Below, piece by piece: positions 41,300-42,322 of a stretch of DNA of 42,322 nt. The notes beneath the pieces were generated by a model, which was not told the DNA's origin, did not search any database, and saw only the letters and a program-made list of their open reading frames with translations. How positions within the stretch are numbered: position 1 is the stretch's first letter; every line of letters starts with the position of its first letter. The DNA comes from Candidatus Aminicenantales bacterium (GTDB taxonomy: Bacteria; Acidobacteriota; Aminicenantia; Aminicenantales; Saccharicenantaceae), in assembly GCA_041736225.1 (NCBI GenBank), contig JBGSUG010000073.1, positions 1 through 42,322 on the forward strand, written 5' to 3'. A program made the position numbers and the translations under genes.

Positions 41300-42322
41300 T
41301 TGGGACAGACGACGCGCGGCCTCGCCATCCTCGGCTCGACGGGTTCCATCGGAACGAGCACGCTCGACGTCGTCGACCGCCTGGGCGGGCGCTTCCGCGT
41401 GATCGCCCTGGCCGCGGGGTCCAACACGGCCCTCCTCGCCTCCCAGATCGGGAAGTACCGGCCTGCGCTCGTCTCGGTCCGCGCGAAGAAGGACGCCGAC
41501 CGGATCCGCGGCCTGGGGAAAGGGTGGCGGATGCGCGTCGTCCACGGGCCGGAAGGGGCCGTCGAGGTCGCCCGGGCCGAGGGTGCGGACACCGTCCTCT
41601 CGGCCATCACCGGGATCGCCGGCCTGGAGCCGACCCTCGAGGCCGTCCGGGCCGGGCGGCGCGTGGCCCTGGCCAACAAGGAATCCATGGTCGTCGGCGG
41701 AGGCCTCCTCAGGCGTGAAGCGGCCCGTTCCGGCGCCCGGATCATCCCCGTCGACAGCGAGCACAGCGGTGTCTTCCAGTGCCTGGGCCGCGAAAGGCGG
41801 CATGTCCGCAGGGTCATCCTGACCGCCTCGGGCGGTCCCTTCTTCCGGACCCCCTTGAAGGACATGGACCGTAAAACCCTCGAAGAAACCCTGCGCCACC
41901 CCCGCTGGGTCATGGGCCGGAAGGTCACGGTCGATTCCGCGACGCTCATGAACAAGGGGCTCGAGCTCATCGAGGCCCGCTGGCTCTTCGATCTGGAGCC
42001 CGCCCGCCTCGGCGTCCTCATCCATCCCCAGAGCGCCGTTCACGCCCTGGTCGAGATGGCGGACGGCTCCATCCTGGCCCAGCTCGGCGCGACCGACATG
42101 CGCCTGCCCATCCAGTACGCCCTCAGCTATCCCGAGAAGTGGGAGGCGGCGATCCCGGGGATGGACTTCACGAAGGCCCTGCAGCTCGACTTCGCCCCGC
42201 CCGACCGGTCGAAGTTCCCCTGCCTCTCGCTCGCCTACCGTGCGCTCGAGAAAGGCGGCACGGCGCCGGCGGCGCTCAACGCGGCCAACGAGGAGGCGGT
42301 GGCGGCGTTCCTCGACGACCGC
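41300..42322 (+). CDS. dxr: 1-deoxy-D-xylulose-5-phosphate reductoisomerase, 3' end outside the window
   Basis: This gene is not in the ORF track because it has no stop in the window. My own translation from the TTG at 41300 (the first possible start after an in-frame TAG) gives [19 protein letters not shown]...LANKES...PVDSEHS...LTASGGPF...HPRWVMG...NKGLELIEA. It is antisense to the spurious 791-aa ORF. Confidence 0.93.
   Translation, partial: MGQTTRGLAILGSTGSIGTSTLDVVDRLGGRFRVIALAAGSNTALLASQIGKYRPALVSVRAKKDADRIRGLGKGWRMRVVHGPEGAVEVARAEGADTVLSAITGIAGLEPTLEAVRAGRRVALANKESMVVGGGLLRREAARSGARIIPVDSEHSGVFQCLGRERRHVRRVILTASGGPFFRTPLKDMDRKTLEETLRHPRWVMGRKVTVDSATLMNKGLELIEARWLFDLEPARLGVLIHPQSAVHALVEMADGSILAQLGATDMRLPIQYALSYPEKWEAAIPGMDFTKALQLDFAPPDRSKFPCLSLAYRALEKGGTAPAALNAANEEAVAAFLDDR

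Noticed and set aside
39668-42043. A 791-aa ORF on the minus strand.
   Set aside because: It is antisense to uppS, cdsA and dxr, all of which have canonical motifs. Its composition is repetitive (G/D/E/R/P-rich).
1-42322. CRISPR arrays, rRNA genes, IS transposases, toxin-antitoxin pairs, and known riboswitches upstream of kdp or sat.
   Set aside because: I saw no regularly spaced direct repeats, no rRNA-like conserved blocks, no DDE or serine/tyrosine recombinase motifs in any frame, and no long structured leaders. The kdp genes follow the kinase gene directly, and the sat operon appears leaderless.

Overview
This is a 42.3-kb, high-GC bacterial chromosomal segment with densely packed genes. 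A VWFA-related domain protein, 6-bladed beta-propeller proteins and the overall gene content hint at an Acidobacteriota-like organism, but that is only inference.

Most genes are recognisable housekeeping or envelope genes:
- a partial M6 metalloprotease, an OmpA-like lipoprotein and a VWA protein;
- a kdpFABC K+ pump with an unusual regulatory module;
- a flavodoxin;
- a flippase plus QueC-like pair;
- typA, tRNA-His and the conserved phoH-pgpH-ybeY-corC-era operon;
- an RHH-sat-(alkaline-phosphatase-family)-cysC sulfate-activation operon, followed by a UDP-sugar epimerase/dehydrogenase pair;
- hypCDE and uppS-cdsA-dxr.

I saw no rRNA, CRISPR array, transposase or integrase.

The signals that annotation does not explain are:
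1. A rewired Kdp control system. A KdpD sensor half is fused to a PTS-Ntr-type EIIA domain, an unrelated HAMP-PAS kinase is embedded in the kdp operon, and there is a sigma54 activator plus a near-consensus sigma54 promoter.
2. A 29-nt palindromic hairpin family, GGGGACAYGTACC-N3-GGTACRTGTCCCC, with 5 copies. The imperfect copies have a strand-specific U.G design. One perfect copy sits in the middle of a divergent promoter region.
3. A 310-bp non-coding element bounded by 61-nt inverted modules that are themselves hairpins.
4. An exact 17-nt direct repeat bracketing the flippase/QueC-like cassette.
5. An alkaline-phosphatase-superfamily enzyme translationally coupled inside the PAPS-synthesis operon.

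Many very long ORFs in the track are antisense shadow ORFs typical of high-GC DNA, and I rejected them.
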